A stretch of 64,000 nucleotides of DNA from Candidatus Heimdallarchaeota archaeon (GTDB taxonomy: Archaea; Asgardarchaeota; Heimdallarchaeia; Heimdallarchaeales; Heimdallarchaeaceae), in assembly GCA_018238545.1 (NCBI GenBank), contig JABCTC010000006.1, positions 32,001-96,000 on the forward strand, written 5' to 3'. The position numbers were made by a program, and so were the translations under genes. The notes under the pieces are model-generated. The model did no database searches. It worked only from the letters and a program-made list of their open reading frames with translations, and had not been told where the DNA came from. Position 1 is the stretch's first letter; the number at the start of each line of letters is the position of its first letter. Shown piece by piece: positions 1 to 9,920 of the stretch.

Positions 1-78
1 GCTTTTACGTTCCTTAGAATTCGTAATAAATTCATTATTTTTAAATCTTAAGAAATGAAAAATCTCTGTAACTATTTT

Positions 79-154
79 TGGAGCCTCGAAGGGGGATTGA
101 ACCCCTGACCTTTACCTTACCAAGGTAACGCTCTACCAACTGAGCTATCGAGGC
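79..154 (-). tRNA. tRNA-Thr(GGT)
   Basis: Reverse complement folds as a cloverleaf: acceptor GCCTCGA/TCGAGGC, anticodon arm TTACC-TTGGTAA-GGTAA, T-loop TTCAATC, U73 and encoded CCA. Confidence 0.97.
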
Positions 155-282
155 TTGTTTAATAGAGTGCGACGACTGAAATTTTTAAAAGTTGTGTTTT
201 ATGTAGAAGATTTATCCTTCTGATAAAATCCACAAAGGGCGAAAAGTCTAAATATACTATCTTTAAATTCCTAACAAATTAA

Positions 283-1362
283 GTGACTTGGGATATTATG
301 AAAAAGCGTTCATCTATGTTGCTATTTATCTATCTTTTTGCAATGACAAATCTATTTTTACCTATATCTATCAATGCCGATATTACTATTGAATATGTTA
401 TAATGTACGATGAATATCATGGACAATTCTTTGATCGAGAATTAATGAGCACTGCTCTAAGCACACTTGATGAATTAGTGATATACAACAATGAAACCGA
501 AGAAATAGTTGAAATCAAAATAACCCTGATATATAATAACGAAACAGAGTTCAATTCTACCAACCTTCAAGGTGTAGATTTACTCATAATGACAAATCCT
601 GGGTTTGAAGAAGAAGACAATTTATCGCCTTCTGAAAGATTAGCTATTCTCGATTTTATGGAACTTGGAGGTTCTCTTTTTGCTTTATGCAATCCTTTAT
701 CCTATGATGAAAATGTAACAGGAAATCCTGTAACCATTAATGCTTTACTTAATGAGAGAGATTCAGCATTAACTACTGCTCGATTACGAGCAAGTGCTAT
801 TGCTAATTCTACTGTATTAGTTGATGATTTCTTCCATGTTTATGAAAATAACACTTTTCTTTCACTAACAAACTATGAAAGTGAGCATACAATCTTTGAG
901 CAGGAAGTCGAAATCTCAAATTTAACAATCTATTCTGCTTCAATTGAATTGGGAAATGAACTTCAAGAGGATGCAATAGGTAGAACTCTTGAAACAACTT
1001 ACTCTATAGATGAATCTTATCATATATTCAGAGATCAAGCAGCAGGTTTTCTAACTTGGTTATTAACCCAAACCGTGGGTAACTCAAGATTTGTCATATC
1101 TGGTTCGACAATTATGTTTAGTGATTTCGAAATTGTTGAAGATGAAAAATGGATAGATCAAGAACAAAACTTGGACTTATGGAAGAATACAATTCTATGG
1201 CTTCTAAAATACACTCCTCATCCTGAATTACCTGCTTTACCTTTGCTACCTTTCTGGAGCTATGCTTTAATTGTGGTTGGTGTTTCAGTAGGGATTTTTG
1301 GATTTTCTGTTTTATTGTACAGATACCGCATTAGCAAGAAAACTGAATTTAAGGTAAAGTAA
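283..1362 (+). CDS. Secreted, C-terminally anchored protein with a GIFT (GldG/IFT52)-like domain
   Basis: N-terminal signal peptide (probable ATG at 298), motifs YDEYHGQ, GGSLF, SRFVISGSTIMFSD and NLDLWKNTILWL typical of GIFT/DUF4350-like domains, C-terminal TM helix and basic tail. Confidence 0.6.
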   Translation: MTWDIMKKRSSMLLFIYLFAMTNLFLPISINADITIEYVIMYDEYHGQFFDRELMSTALSTLDELVIYNNETEEIVEIKITLIYNNETEFNSTNLQGVDLLIMTNPGFEEEDNLSPSERLAILDFMELGGSLFALCNPLSYDENVTGNPVTINALLNERDSALTTARLRASAIANSTVLVDDFFHVYENNTFLSLTNYESEHTIFEQEVEISNLTIYSASIELGNELQEDAIGRTLETTYSIDESYHIFRDQAAGFLTWLLTQTVGNSRFVISGSTIMFSDFEIVEDEKWIDQEQNLDLWKNTILWLLKYTPHPELPALPLLPFWSYALIVVGVSVGIFGFSVLLYRYRISKKTEFKVK

Positions 1363-1386
1363 GTGATATTGTTTTAACAATAAAAA

Positions 1387-2709
1387 GTGGAGTATAAATA
1401 TTCAATTTTACTTAGTTTAATGATGGAAAACAAAAAAATCGATATATTCGGTACTAAAGAATCTATGCTAATTTCCTCTTTACTTGACGGAGCTATTGAA
1501 GTTAGTGATTTTCGCTTATCCATTAGTCATTTCTCTAAAACGAAAGTTACTAATCTCTTCCGCGACAGTTTTCCCAAGTTTTCTTCTGGGGTAAAAACAA
1601 AGATTACAGATGTCTTTACTAGATACTTTTTCAGCAATGATAAGATTGACACTAATGAATTCTGGCGATTTGTAGATTTTAGAAATTTTTGGGCTGAATT
1701 GAGGAAGTTTCATAATGTCATCTATTCGCGAAACATGACTTTGAGAGACATTATCAAGTTTTTCGAGCAAACACTCTTTCAAACTAAATCTCGCTTGAAC
1801 CTCAATTTTTTGGAAAAGAAGATAGTTGAGAAACTCGGAAAAAAACCCTCTCTACTTTACAAACAACTAGCTGAAGACTTGAGTATCTCAGAGAAAAAGG
1901 TGAGTATAACGTTAAAGAATTTGAATTCTCGTGGCATTTATCTCGGTGGTTTAATTTCCTACGAATCAATTGGACTTCATGAATTTTTCTCTTTTAATCG
2001 TTCTAATGATTTTGGAGATAATGCTGTGCTTATTGATAGATATCTGCTTTTTCCGGATTTGAATATCACTCATGGAATAATGCCACGGAAAAAACATGGT
2101 CCTTCTTTTTATTATGTTAAAGAAAAGAAAATGTACTTCAATCCAGATATTTTGAACAAAGGATTACCTATTCAAGCATGGAAAAAACATTCTCTTACCA
2201 AACAAAAGAATTTCTCAGATTCTGATACTAAAACTAAACTCAAAAAAATTTCTTCAGAAAAACAACCTTATCTCCCCTACCTTTTGCGAAATTGCGAACT
2301 TGATTTCAAACGTCCTGACATTAAAACTATTGCAAAATCCTATGATGTTTCTGCTAGAACATTGTTTAGACTAAAATCCAGACTAATAGAAGATAAAACA
2401 ATTCAACCAAACATGGTTGTAGAAAATCCCGATTTACTTCAAGTGTTACTAGTATCTAAATCTGAATTGGTGGAATTGTACAACAAAGTTCCATTTATCC
2501 GTACTTATCAGATTCATGATGATTTTGGAGACGTCAGTTGGCTTTCATATCTGTCGATCTTTATGCCTGATTTCAAATATATATATTCACGTTTAAGTCA
2601 TCATGTTGAGGTATTTCAGGTGATTAAACGACAAATAAGGGATTTAAATATAGATATTGGTTTACCTACACTTTCGCATGCCAATCGTAAAACTTATACA
2701 AACAACTAG
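1387..2709 (+). CDS. Putative transcriptional regulator with two winged-HTH (Lrp/AsnC-like) modules
   Basis: Two HTH-like segments, YKQLAEDLSISEKKVSITLKNL and IKTIAKSYDVSARTLFRLKSRL. Confidence 0.55.
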   Translation: MEYKYSILLSLMMENKKIDIFGTKESMLISSLLDGAIEVSDFRLSISHFSKTKVTNLFRDSFPKFSSGVKTKITDVFTRYFFSNDKIDTNEFWRFVDFRNFWAELRKFHNVIYSRNMTLRDIIKFFEQTLFQTKSRLNLNFLEKKIVEKLGKKPSLLYKQLAEDLSISEKKVSITLKNLNSRGIYLGGLISYESIGLHEFFSFNRSNDFGDNAVLIDRYLLFPDLNITHGIMPRKKHGPSFYYVKEKKMYFNPDILNKGLPIQAWKKHSLTKQKNFSDSDTKTKLKKISSEKQPYLPYLLRNCELDFKRPDIKTIAKSYDVSARTLFRLKSRLIEDKTIQPNMVVENPDLLQVLLVSKSELVELYNKVPFIRTYQIHDDFGDVSWLSYLSIFMPDFKYIYSRLSHHVEVFQVIKRQIRDLNIDIGLPTLSHANRKTYTNN

Positions 2710-2722
2710 GTGTTGTCTTCAT

Positions 2723-4843
2723 ATGTCAAATCAACGCTCACTAAAGGAAATTGTTGATATAATATCTTCGGAAGCTGGATTAGGAAAAGAAGAAATCAAT
2801 CAGTTAATCAATAATAAGATGGATGAATTAGGAGAGTTTGTTACTGCTTTAGGAGCTGCTCATATTGTAGCAAGAGAAATGAGTGTTGATCTCTCTTCTG
2901 AACCCAAGGCCACAGTTCCTCCAATGATAAATGTGGATCAACTCGTACCAGAAATAACCAATGTTAATTTACTTGGAAGAATAACGAGAATTTATGATCA
3001 ATTTGTATTTAAGAAGAAAGATGGTTCTGAAGGAGTGCTCCAATCCATAATATTGGAAGATAAAACTGGTACTATCCGTATTGTATTCTGGGACCAAAAA
3101 GCTGGTGAATTTCAAAAAGGAAATTGTAGCTTAGGAAATCCGATACAAATACTAGGTGCATATACTCGAAAAGGAAAGGATGGTTCAACAGAAGTACACC
3201 TTGGGATTAGAAGTCATCTTCAAATTAGACCCTCTGGAATTAGGGATGATGATTTACCTGAGTCTAAGGATTCTTTCTTTAAAATTGATGAAATAAAGGG
3301 TAATGAAGCTGATGTTTCGATTAAAGGGCAGATTACGCAAATTGATGATGTCCTCGAGTTTGAGCGTTCTGATGGTTCTAAAGGAACAAAGCGAGGTTTA
3401 GTTATCGGAGATGAAACTGGCGAAGTTCTTGTGAATTTCTGGAATGAAAAATCTTCCCAAGTAAAAGATTTGAACCTCGGGGATATTATTAGTGTCATTG
3501 GTTTGTCATCAAAAATAGGTTTGAAAGGTTTAATTGAACTTCACTCAAACAGGTTTACAAATTTCACAAAAGAAGAACCAACTGCTGATTTTGTTGTGAA
3601 AAAAGGTCTTGTAGGAACCGTTTCTAAGGAAAGCATTCAAATTACAAAACTTAATGAAATCTCCATTATCAATCAACTCATCTCTGTTAAAGGTTTAATA
3701 ATACAAATAAATCCAATCCATGAATTTTCGCGTGAAAGTGGGAGTAAAGGAAAGGTACAAAACATAGTTATTTCAGATGATTCTCGTTTAATGAGAATTG
3801 TTCTGTGGGATGACAAAACAGCTTTGATTGGTTCTAAAGATACAGATAAAATGTTAAGCATCATTAATGGAAGCACTCGAAAGGGGAGGTTTACAGATAT
3901 TGAAATACATTGTGGAAACCAAACACAAATTGATTTTGAAGAAGTTGAGATTAGCGTTATTAAACAATATCAAGTAAAATTCACTAACCTTAATGATATT
4001 CATCCAACTGAAGCAGATGTAAATGTAAGAGGCATTATAACGGAATTTAATCCTGTACAAGAAATTACAACAAAAGAGAATGAGATCATCAAGTTACAGA
4101 GTTTTAAGATTAATGATCAAACCGCTGAAATCAAGGTTACTTGCTGGAGAGATAACGTGCAAAAACTAGCAAATCTAAGCAGTGGAGAGAGAATTGAAAT
4201 ATATCAGGCAAAAGTGAAGGAAGATTCAGGATATGGACACGAACTCACCATTACAGGGAATTCTTTTTTGAAAAAAGCTATTCACAATGACATGACACCT
4301 CAGGGTTTCGTGCCTAGTTCAACAATATCAAACCTTGGATCCCAAATTCAAGCAATTAATGATATTGAAGATATTAAAGACGGTGATACTGTCACAATTC
4401 AAGGTACGGTTGTGAAACTTAATGAAACACAGTTTGTCTATTCTTCATGCCCAGAATGTAAAAAAAAGGTCAATAAGCAAGACAAACTTTACATTTGTAA
4501 AGAACATGGAGAGATTGAGAAACCTATAAGCCGCATTCTATTTTCATTTGTTGTGAATGATGGAACAGGAAACATCAACATTTTATGTGCAGGTAAACTA
4601 GCTGAAATGATAATTGGCATGTCAGCTAATGCTGTTTCGAGAATGGTGGATGAACAAGAATCCGATCAGGCTCCTTACTCTATTTTGCGAAATAAAGGAT
4701 TTGAGAACTCGGAATTGATAATTAGTGGCAAAGTCAACAGAAATCAATATCTCAATAGTTTGGAAATCATAGCCAGATCTATTGAGGAAGTAAGTTATAA
4801 AGAAGCCTCTAAAAACATGGTCAAACAGATATTCACCGAGTAA
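2723..4843 (+). CDS. rpa: Replication protein A (multi-OB-fold ssDNA-binding protein with Zn finger)
   Basis: Four repeated OB folds (D.TG.I..vfW motif) plus a C-terminal OB fold with CPEC...CKEH Zn finger; ATG at 2723 preferred over the overlapping start at 2657. Confidence 0.9.
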   Translation: MSNQRSLKEIVDIISSEAGLGKEEINQLINNKMDELGEFVTALGAAHIVAREMSVDLSSEPKATVPPMINVDQLVPEITNVNLLGRITRIYDQFVFKKKDGSEGVLQSIILEDKTGTIRIVFWDQKAGEFQKGNCSLGNPIQILGAYTRKGKDGSTEVHLGIRSHLQIRPSGIRDDDLPESKDSFFKIDEIKGNEADVSIKGQITQIDDVLEFERSDGSKGTKRGLVIGDETGEVLVNFWNEKSSQVKDLNLGDIISVIGLSSKIGLKGLIELHSNRFTNFTKEEPTADFVVKKGLVGTVSKESIQITKLNEISIINQLISVKGLIIQINPIHEFSRESGSKGKVQNIVISDDSRLMRIVLWDDKTALIGSKDTDKMLSIINGSTRKGRFTDIEIHCGNQTQIDFEEVEISVIKQYQVKFTNLNDIHPTEADVNVRGIITEFNPVQEITTKENEIIKLQSFKINDQTAEIKVTCWRDNVQKLANLSSGERIEIYQAKVKEDSGYGHELTITGNSFLKKAIHNDMTPQGFVPSSTISNLGSQIQAINDIEDIKDGDTVTIQGTVVKLNETQFVYSSCPECKKKVNKQDKLYICKEHGEIEKPISRILFSFVVNDGTGNINILCAGKLAEMIIGMSANAVSRMVDEQESDQAPYSILRNKGFENSELIISGKVNRNQYLNSLEIIARSIEEVSYKEASKNMVKQIFTE

Positions 4844-4906
4844 TACGTTTTTATCTCCTTCCTTGAATATTTAAGCGTTTATTCATTTTTATTTTTGGCT
4901 TAATGT

Positions 4907-4921
4907 CGAAAAGCTTATTAA
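4907..4921 (+). promoter_or_regulatory. BRE/TATA-like promoter of the 36-aa microprotein gene
   Basis: CGAAAAG-CTTATTAA about 30 nt upstream of ATG 4951, consistent with a leaderless or short-leader transcript. Confidence 0.55.
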
Positions 4922-4950
4922 TACTCACATGACTGCTTCAACGGGTTATA

Positions 4951-5061
4951 ATGGATTTTACTGTATTACTAACTGTGTCTATCATTTTAATTATTATAGC
5001 AATTGTTTTTGCATTATTTTATCATGCCTTTAGTATTGGAAAAGAAGAAGAAACGGAATGA
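4951..5061 (+). CDS. 36-aa single-pass membrane microprotein, OST4-like (not in ORF track)
   Basis: Translates as MDFTVLLTVSIILIIIAIVFALFYHAFSIGKEEETE; one TM helix ending in YHA, then a charged tail; fills the gap between rpa and the convergent large gene; promoter motif upstream. Confidence 0.65.
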   Translation: MDFTVLLTVSIILIIIAIVFALFYHAFSIGKEEETE

Positions 5062-5066
5062 TTTTA

Positions 5067-7970
5067 TTATATTTCTAATATCATGCCCCTTTTCTTATTG
5101 TAAACTTTCACTATTGTTGCTATTGCCCCTAATAATACAGTGGAACTTGAAACAACTGGTATTACTATATTTGTAATTGCATTAGCATTTGTTTTTTTAA
5201 CCCCAACTAAATCTAATACCAAATAACTTCCTTTTGCTATATCAACATTGGATAATAAAACATAAAGGTCATTTATTTGTAGCCCATATAATTCTGTTAC
5301 ATCTTCCTCCTTACTTGAGAAAACCTGCCATGTATATTTAGAAGTAACATAACTCTCATTCAAATGATAAACAAGAGAGATGTTTGTATAACTTTTAGTT
5401 CTTGCATCTATGATGAAATGTATTATTATTTCATCATTTTCTTCTTCAATATTTGTTGAAACCTCTGGACCTGTGGTCTCCACAATTAATTTGTGGTTTT
5501 CATTGCTTTTTTCGGTTTCAGCTTCCCAATAAATCACATTACTATCCCAATAAACTGGGATTCGTAAGGTATCTGCTTCAATATAGGCATTTGTGATTGG
5601 AGTCATTTCCTCTTCAATAATTGCAAACCACCTGTCGTGATTTTCAGGATATTGTATCTTATATACTAATGTTATATTATCGGAAATAGCTCTCACTTCA
5701 CCTTCTTGGACAATATTTGCTTGTAAATCGCTAAACTGTATTTCGTAAGATTCTGTGAAAATTGGATTATATTTGTTAATTACTGAATAATTCACATAGA
5801 TTTCCTTTTGGTTAAGCGGTAATTGAATTTCAAAGGAATATTCCCCCCAACTATCTGTAATTCCTGTGACAGTACCAATTGTTTCTATTTCTATTTTAAT
5901 TGGTGCATTACCAACTGGGAGGTCATTTGCAGTAACACAAAAATCAAATTGATAGCGTAATCCCGAATCCATTTTTGTATACGTGAATGAAGCTTCTAAA
6001 GTACTTTCTATAACATTGATTTCTATTGATTCTATTATTGTGGCATGAGTTTGAGATGCCGCCCATATGTCTAATTTGACTTCTCCCAATTCAAGATAGA
6101 ATGCTGATAAATGAAGCCTAAATGTATTTCCATTTTCTTCTACTGGAATTTCCTCATTATCTAAATATACAATAAGAGATGATTCTTCTATTGCTTGTCC
6201 ACTATCCAAATCTAAGTAGTTGATATCTAATATTTTAAGTGTGAATTGTGGCATTTCAATTTGATCTAAGACTATCAGTTGGGATGGTAGTCTGATTAAA
6301 CTGATTGTTGTACTTATGAATCCTATGGTATCTGCATCCAGCACTATGAATGTTACATCATATGTACCATTATGTACCCACGAAGGAAAATTGAGATCCA
6401 TTGTTTCATTTGTGATATAGCCTTTCATGGAACCATTTTCAATTCCTGACCAAAATGCGAAAACTGGTATTTCATCTATTGGATGGCTGAATTCAACCGT
6501 CGCATTTAACATCTCAAATATTGTTAGTTCAGAAAATATTGTTTTATTTATCAAATTCTGAATGGTAAATTGACAATTGAGATTGGTGGTAGAACCGATC
6601 TTTAATAAAGTCAAAACAGCTTGAGTTTCGTCTATATTTTCGATACTTTGAATCTGAAAATTTTCTATATTTTCATCTAGGATCCAATATTCAGGATAAG
6701 TGATGTTAATTTGGTTAATTTCTGAACTTATTTGATTTGTAGTTATCGTATATGAAATTGTGGTATCGCTTTCAGTCTGTATGTTTTTACTGAATTGCAT
6801 CATAATCGTTCCTGTTATGTTTAGAATATATTCTGATTTAATTTCGAAAGTTGAATTATGATTCCATTTCAAATCAATCTCATTATTTAGATTTGTCTCA
6901 TCTACAAGCACATCAATATCTATGGCCCCTGAACTAATATTAGTTGAACTGACCGAAAAATCGTTCAATTCAAGATCTATATCTTCTGGTGATACGGATG
7001 AAGTTACTTTAAACTCATCAATAAGGAGAGAACATTCTGAATATTCTGGTGAAATAACATAAATGCCTATGGATTTAAGAACCGTGGGAATATAGGGGTC
7101 TCCTTGATCAAAAAGATCTGATATCTCAAGGGAATAGAAGTTCCATTGATCATTCCAACTACTATTTTCTAAAAGTCGATAAACTACAAATGGCGTGGTT
7201 GTATTCTCTCCAATTTCAGGTGGGTCAATATCTGTATAGTGCCAATGTATAACCATAATTCTACAAGTATCAAAAACAATATCAAAAATCAGAGAAGAGT
7301 TTATGACATTTTGTAAAGATGAATTAGATTCTAATAGATAGTTATAGCTAATGCGTGTATCTGTTTGGTATAATTCTATGTTTTCTTGATATAATGAATA
7401 GGTCATTGTCTCTGTATTACTTGAATAAAATTTCCATACATTGTCTCCTTCTATACTCCTTGGATCTGCAGTTCTTTCTATACTCAAACCTGCTTGCATG
7501 ACATTATCTGAATAGAATGATTCTTGTACTTCAGCCCCAGAATTCTGAATATACTGCACTTCCATATTTGTAATTTCTCCCCTAAGATTATACATTCCTT
7601 GGCCTGGAACTGAAATAATTGAATCCCCATCTTCAATTTTACCTGCTATTTCTTGTCCTGTATAATTTGCTTCAAGACTCACATTTGGGTTAAAACTATC
7701 AAGGGTCTCGATAAGTGAAACATTATTTTCCTCCCAGCCATCCTCTAAGCCACTAAAACCTTGTTCAACATTAGAAACGGTATATTCTCTATAATTGTTT
7801 CCATTAACAGAATCTTCTATACTATCCTTTGTTGTGATTTCCTCCACTTTATCATTGTTTTGATAATAATCGTAATCGCTTATTCCACCATTCACTAACA
7901 AGGACCCTTGATTAATAGTAGATAAACTAACAAAAACTAGTATAACAAATAGCAATTTTCTGTATTTCAT
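5067..7970 (-). CDS. Large acidic cell-surface protein (beta-sandwich/Ig-like repeats, C-terminal TM anchor)
   Basis: 967 aa, N-terminal signal peptide, very D/E/N/T-rich with many N-x-S/T sequons, C-terminal hydrophobic helix and short basic tail. Confidence 0.65.
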   Translation of the reverse strand: MKYRKLLFVILVFVSLSTINQGSLLVNGGISDYDYYQNNDKVEEITTKDSIEDSVNGNNYREYTVSNVEQGFSGLEDGWEENNVSLIETLDSFNPNVSLEANYTGQEIAGKIEDGDSIISVPGQGMYNLRGEITNMEVQYIQNSGAEVQESFYSDNVMQAGLSIERTADPRSIEGDNVWKFYSSNTETMTYSLYQENIELYQTDTRISYNYLLESNSSLQNVINSSLIFDIVFDTCRIMVIHWHYTDIDPPEIGENTTTPFVVYRLLENSSWNDQWNFYSLEISDLFDQGDPYIPTVLKSIGIYVISPEYSECSLLIDEFKVTSSVSPEDIDLELNDFSVSSTNISSGAIDIDVLVDETNLNNEIDLKWNHNSTFEIKSEYILNITGTIMMQFSKNIQTESDTTISYTITTNQISSEINQINITYPEYWILDENIENFQIQSIENIDETQAVLTLLKIGSTTNLNCQFTIQNLINKTIFSELTIFEMLNATVEFSHPIDEIPVFAFWSGIENGSMKGYITNETMDLNFPSWVHNGTYDVTFIVLDADTIGFISTTISLIRLPSQLIVLDQIEMPQFTLKILDINYLDLDSGQAIEESSLIVYLDNEEIPVEENGNTFRLHLSAFYLELGEVKLDIWAASQTHATIIESIEINVIESTLEASFTYTKMDSGLRYQFDFCVTANDLPVGNAPIKIEIETIGTVTGITDSWGEYSFEIQLPLNQKEIYVNYSVINKYNPIFTESYEIQFSDLQANIVQEGEVRAISDNITLVYKIQYPENHDRWFAIIEEEMTPITNAYIEADTLRIPVYWDSNVIYWEAETEKSNENHKLIVETTGPEVSTNIEEENDEIIIHFIIDARTKSYTNISLVYHLNESYVTSKYTWQVFSSKEEDVTELYGLQINDLYVLLSNVDIAKGSYLVLDLVGVKKTNANAITNIVIPVVSSSTVLLGAIATIVKVYNKKRGMILEI

Positions 7971-8194
7971 CTCATATGTTTATCTTAACTATATATTAAA
8001 AACCGCACATTTTTTACTCTCTTTCCCTTACGCTTACAACTTACCTTTGCTTACTGAATATGTTACTATGATAGTGTACTTGAATACTTTCGGTTAACTG
8101 TCTCTTTTTGTTGAAATTATCTGTTATAGTAGAGCTCTAGATACATTTAATTTAGTGTGACAGTTGCTCGAGCTTTGTTTCAATCTTAAAAATT

Positions 8195-9262
8195 TTGAAT
8201 AGTTTTACCGATATTGTTATTCTGAGTCAGATGGAAGCTTATATGTGTGATGAGTGCAAGTCAAGGATAGTTAAAGAAAATGGGCTATACGTGTGCCAAA
8301 GCTGTGGTTTGGTTCACGACACGGTCTTAGATGCATCTTCCTTTCAATTAGGATCCGTATCCAAAAGTAATCAACGCAAGAGTCAACAGTTTACCTCTAT
8401 AAACAACAGACTAGCTGTTGTGAGTTCACTCGGTTCCTCTATTGGAACTGTGGAAGAATACATGTTTAGAGACGCTAATGGATCATTATTGGATCAAAGC
8501 ACTCAATCTAAATTTAGAAAATTTAAAAATTATTATCATATCCCAGGTGCAATTAAAGGAAAGGAAACCGACTACAGGACAATAAAAATAATGAATGAAG
8601 TATTCGTGCGACTTCATGTTTCTGAAAAAATACGCAATCGTTCTTTGTTTCTATATCACAAATACAAAAAAGAACATAAAGGCAAAATAACAAATCATGT
8701 CCTGTTATCTGCTTTGTCTCTTCTTCTTAGTGTCCGTGAATTCAAACATAATTGTCCTTTAACCCTCAAAGAGATAGTTGGAACATACAGAGAATTGGGT
8801 CACCGAGTATTGGGTAAAAACTTACTTAGTTTGATGCAAGATTTAAACATCAAATCTCCTTCTTCAAACATAAGAAGGAGTGAAGAATATGTTTTCCGGA
8901 TATGTTCTCTTATATGCCGCCATTCTCCAATAAAAGAAAGAATAGAAAAAAAATATTCTGTTGATGTTTATGTATATGAAAAAATGCTTCAATTACTTTG
9001 TTTACGAATTCTAGAAAGTATCCCTTACGTTGAACGTGGAGGAAAACGCCCTTATCCTTTTTCTGCAGCCTCTGCCTACGTAGCTGATAAACTTCTATCA
9101 AAGAAACTCAACAGTTCTTCAGCTCTAACTCAAAAACTAGTTGCTCAATCAACTAATGTTGCTGAATTTACTATCAGAGATCATGCAGAATTTATGTTTA
9201 GTTATGATTATGATCAAATAATCACTGAAATTAGTAAAAGGCTTTCTTCAAGTTTCGAATAA
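8195..9262 (+). CDS. Divergent transcription factor B (TFIIB) family protein
   Basis: N-terminal Zn ribbon CDEC...CQSCG, LGSSIG linker, two cyclin-like repeats, C-terminal TQKLVA...VAEFTIRDH helix-turn-helix; true start is probably a downstream ATG (MEAYMC). Confidence 0.75.
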   Translation: MNSFTDIVILSQMEAYMCDECKSRIVKENGLYVCQSCGLVHDTVLDASSFQLGSVSKSNQRKSQQFTSINNRLAVVSSLGSSIGTVEEYMFRDANGSLLDQSTQSKFRKFKNYYHIPGAIKGKETDYRTIKIMNEVFVRLHVSEKIRNRSLFLYHKYKKEHKGKITNHVLLSALSLLLSVREFKHNCPLTLKEIVGTYRELGHRVLGKNLLSLMQDLNIKSPSSNIRRSEEYVFRICSLICRHSPIKERIEKKYSVDVYVYEKMLQLLCLRILESIPYVERGGKRPYPFSAASAYVADKLLSKKLNSSSALTQKLVAQSTNVAEFTIRDHAEFMFSYDYDQIITEISKRLSSSFE

Positions 9263-9296
9263 TGCTTAGTAGAGAAATAAATGAAATTCCCCTACT

Positions 9297-9920
9297 TTAG
9301 AACCGAATTAGATTCGAAAAGAAATTTTGTACCACTAATACAATTGCTATGTGAAGAATAAAGACAATTACAACTTTAAAGATTATGCGCTTTTCATTAC
9401 TCATTTTCAATAAGTAGTAGTTATTTAAACAATTGATTACTAAAAAGGAAAATGACAAAAATGACCATATAGTAAACGAAAAAGAGAACGAGAAATCCCC
9501 GGTGCTAATTAAGGAATAAAAATTGGAAAATAAAGGAGAGAACCCTGCTATCATAGCTATTGTAATTAGAGTAACATAACGTATTATCCGCATCCTTCTT
9601 ATATGTACCTTTAATAAATCATCTCTCTCTTCAAGCGCTTCTTCTCGCATTTTAATGAGTTCTGCAGTTGATTTAAACCGTTCTATCATTTCTTGAGTAT
9701 CAGCTTGTAATGCTGATGCAAATAGATTAGCAATCTCGGAATAATCTAATTTAAGTGATGAGAAAATATCGGTGATTTCCTCTCCAAGCTGAATCCTTAG
9801 AAGTAATTCTTTAGGAAAATCTTGTATGGAGAACATAGCTCTCTCAAGATTTTCTCCTTTTTCCATTTGGTTTGCTATTTCGCGGAGTAAAATATGATCT
9901 GAAAATGATAGTTTATACAT
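9297..9920 (-). CDS. TadC/type II secretion F-like membrane platform protein
   Basis: GENLERAM motif in the soluble N-terminal part, about three C-terminal TM helices, operon with a secretion ATPase. Confidence 0.6.
   Translation of the reverse strand: MYKLSFSDHILLREIANQMEKGENLERAMFSIQDFPKELLLRIQLGEEITDIFSSLKLDYSEIANLFASALQADTQEMIERFKSTAELIKMREEALEERDDLLKVHIRRMRIIRYVTLITIAMIAGFSPLFSNFYSLISTGDFSFSFSFTIWSFLSFSFLVINCLNNYYLLKMSNEKRIIFKVVIVFILHIAIVLVVQNFFSNLIRF

Noticed and set aside
4929-5033. Alternative Cys-rich ORF overlapping the OST4-like gene
   Set aside because: Its ATG is too close to the TATA element to be transcribed, and it is a shifted-frame shadow of the TM-coding sequence
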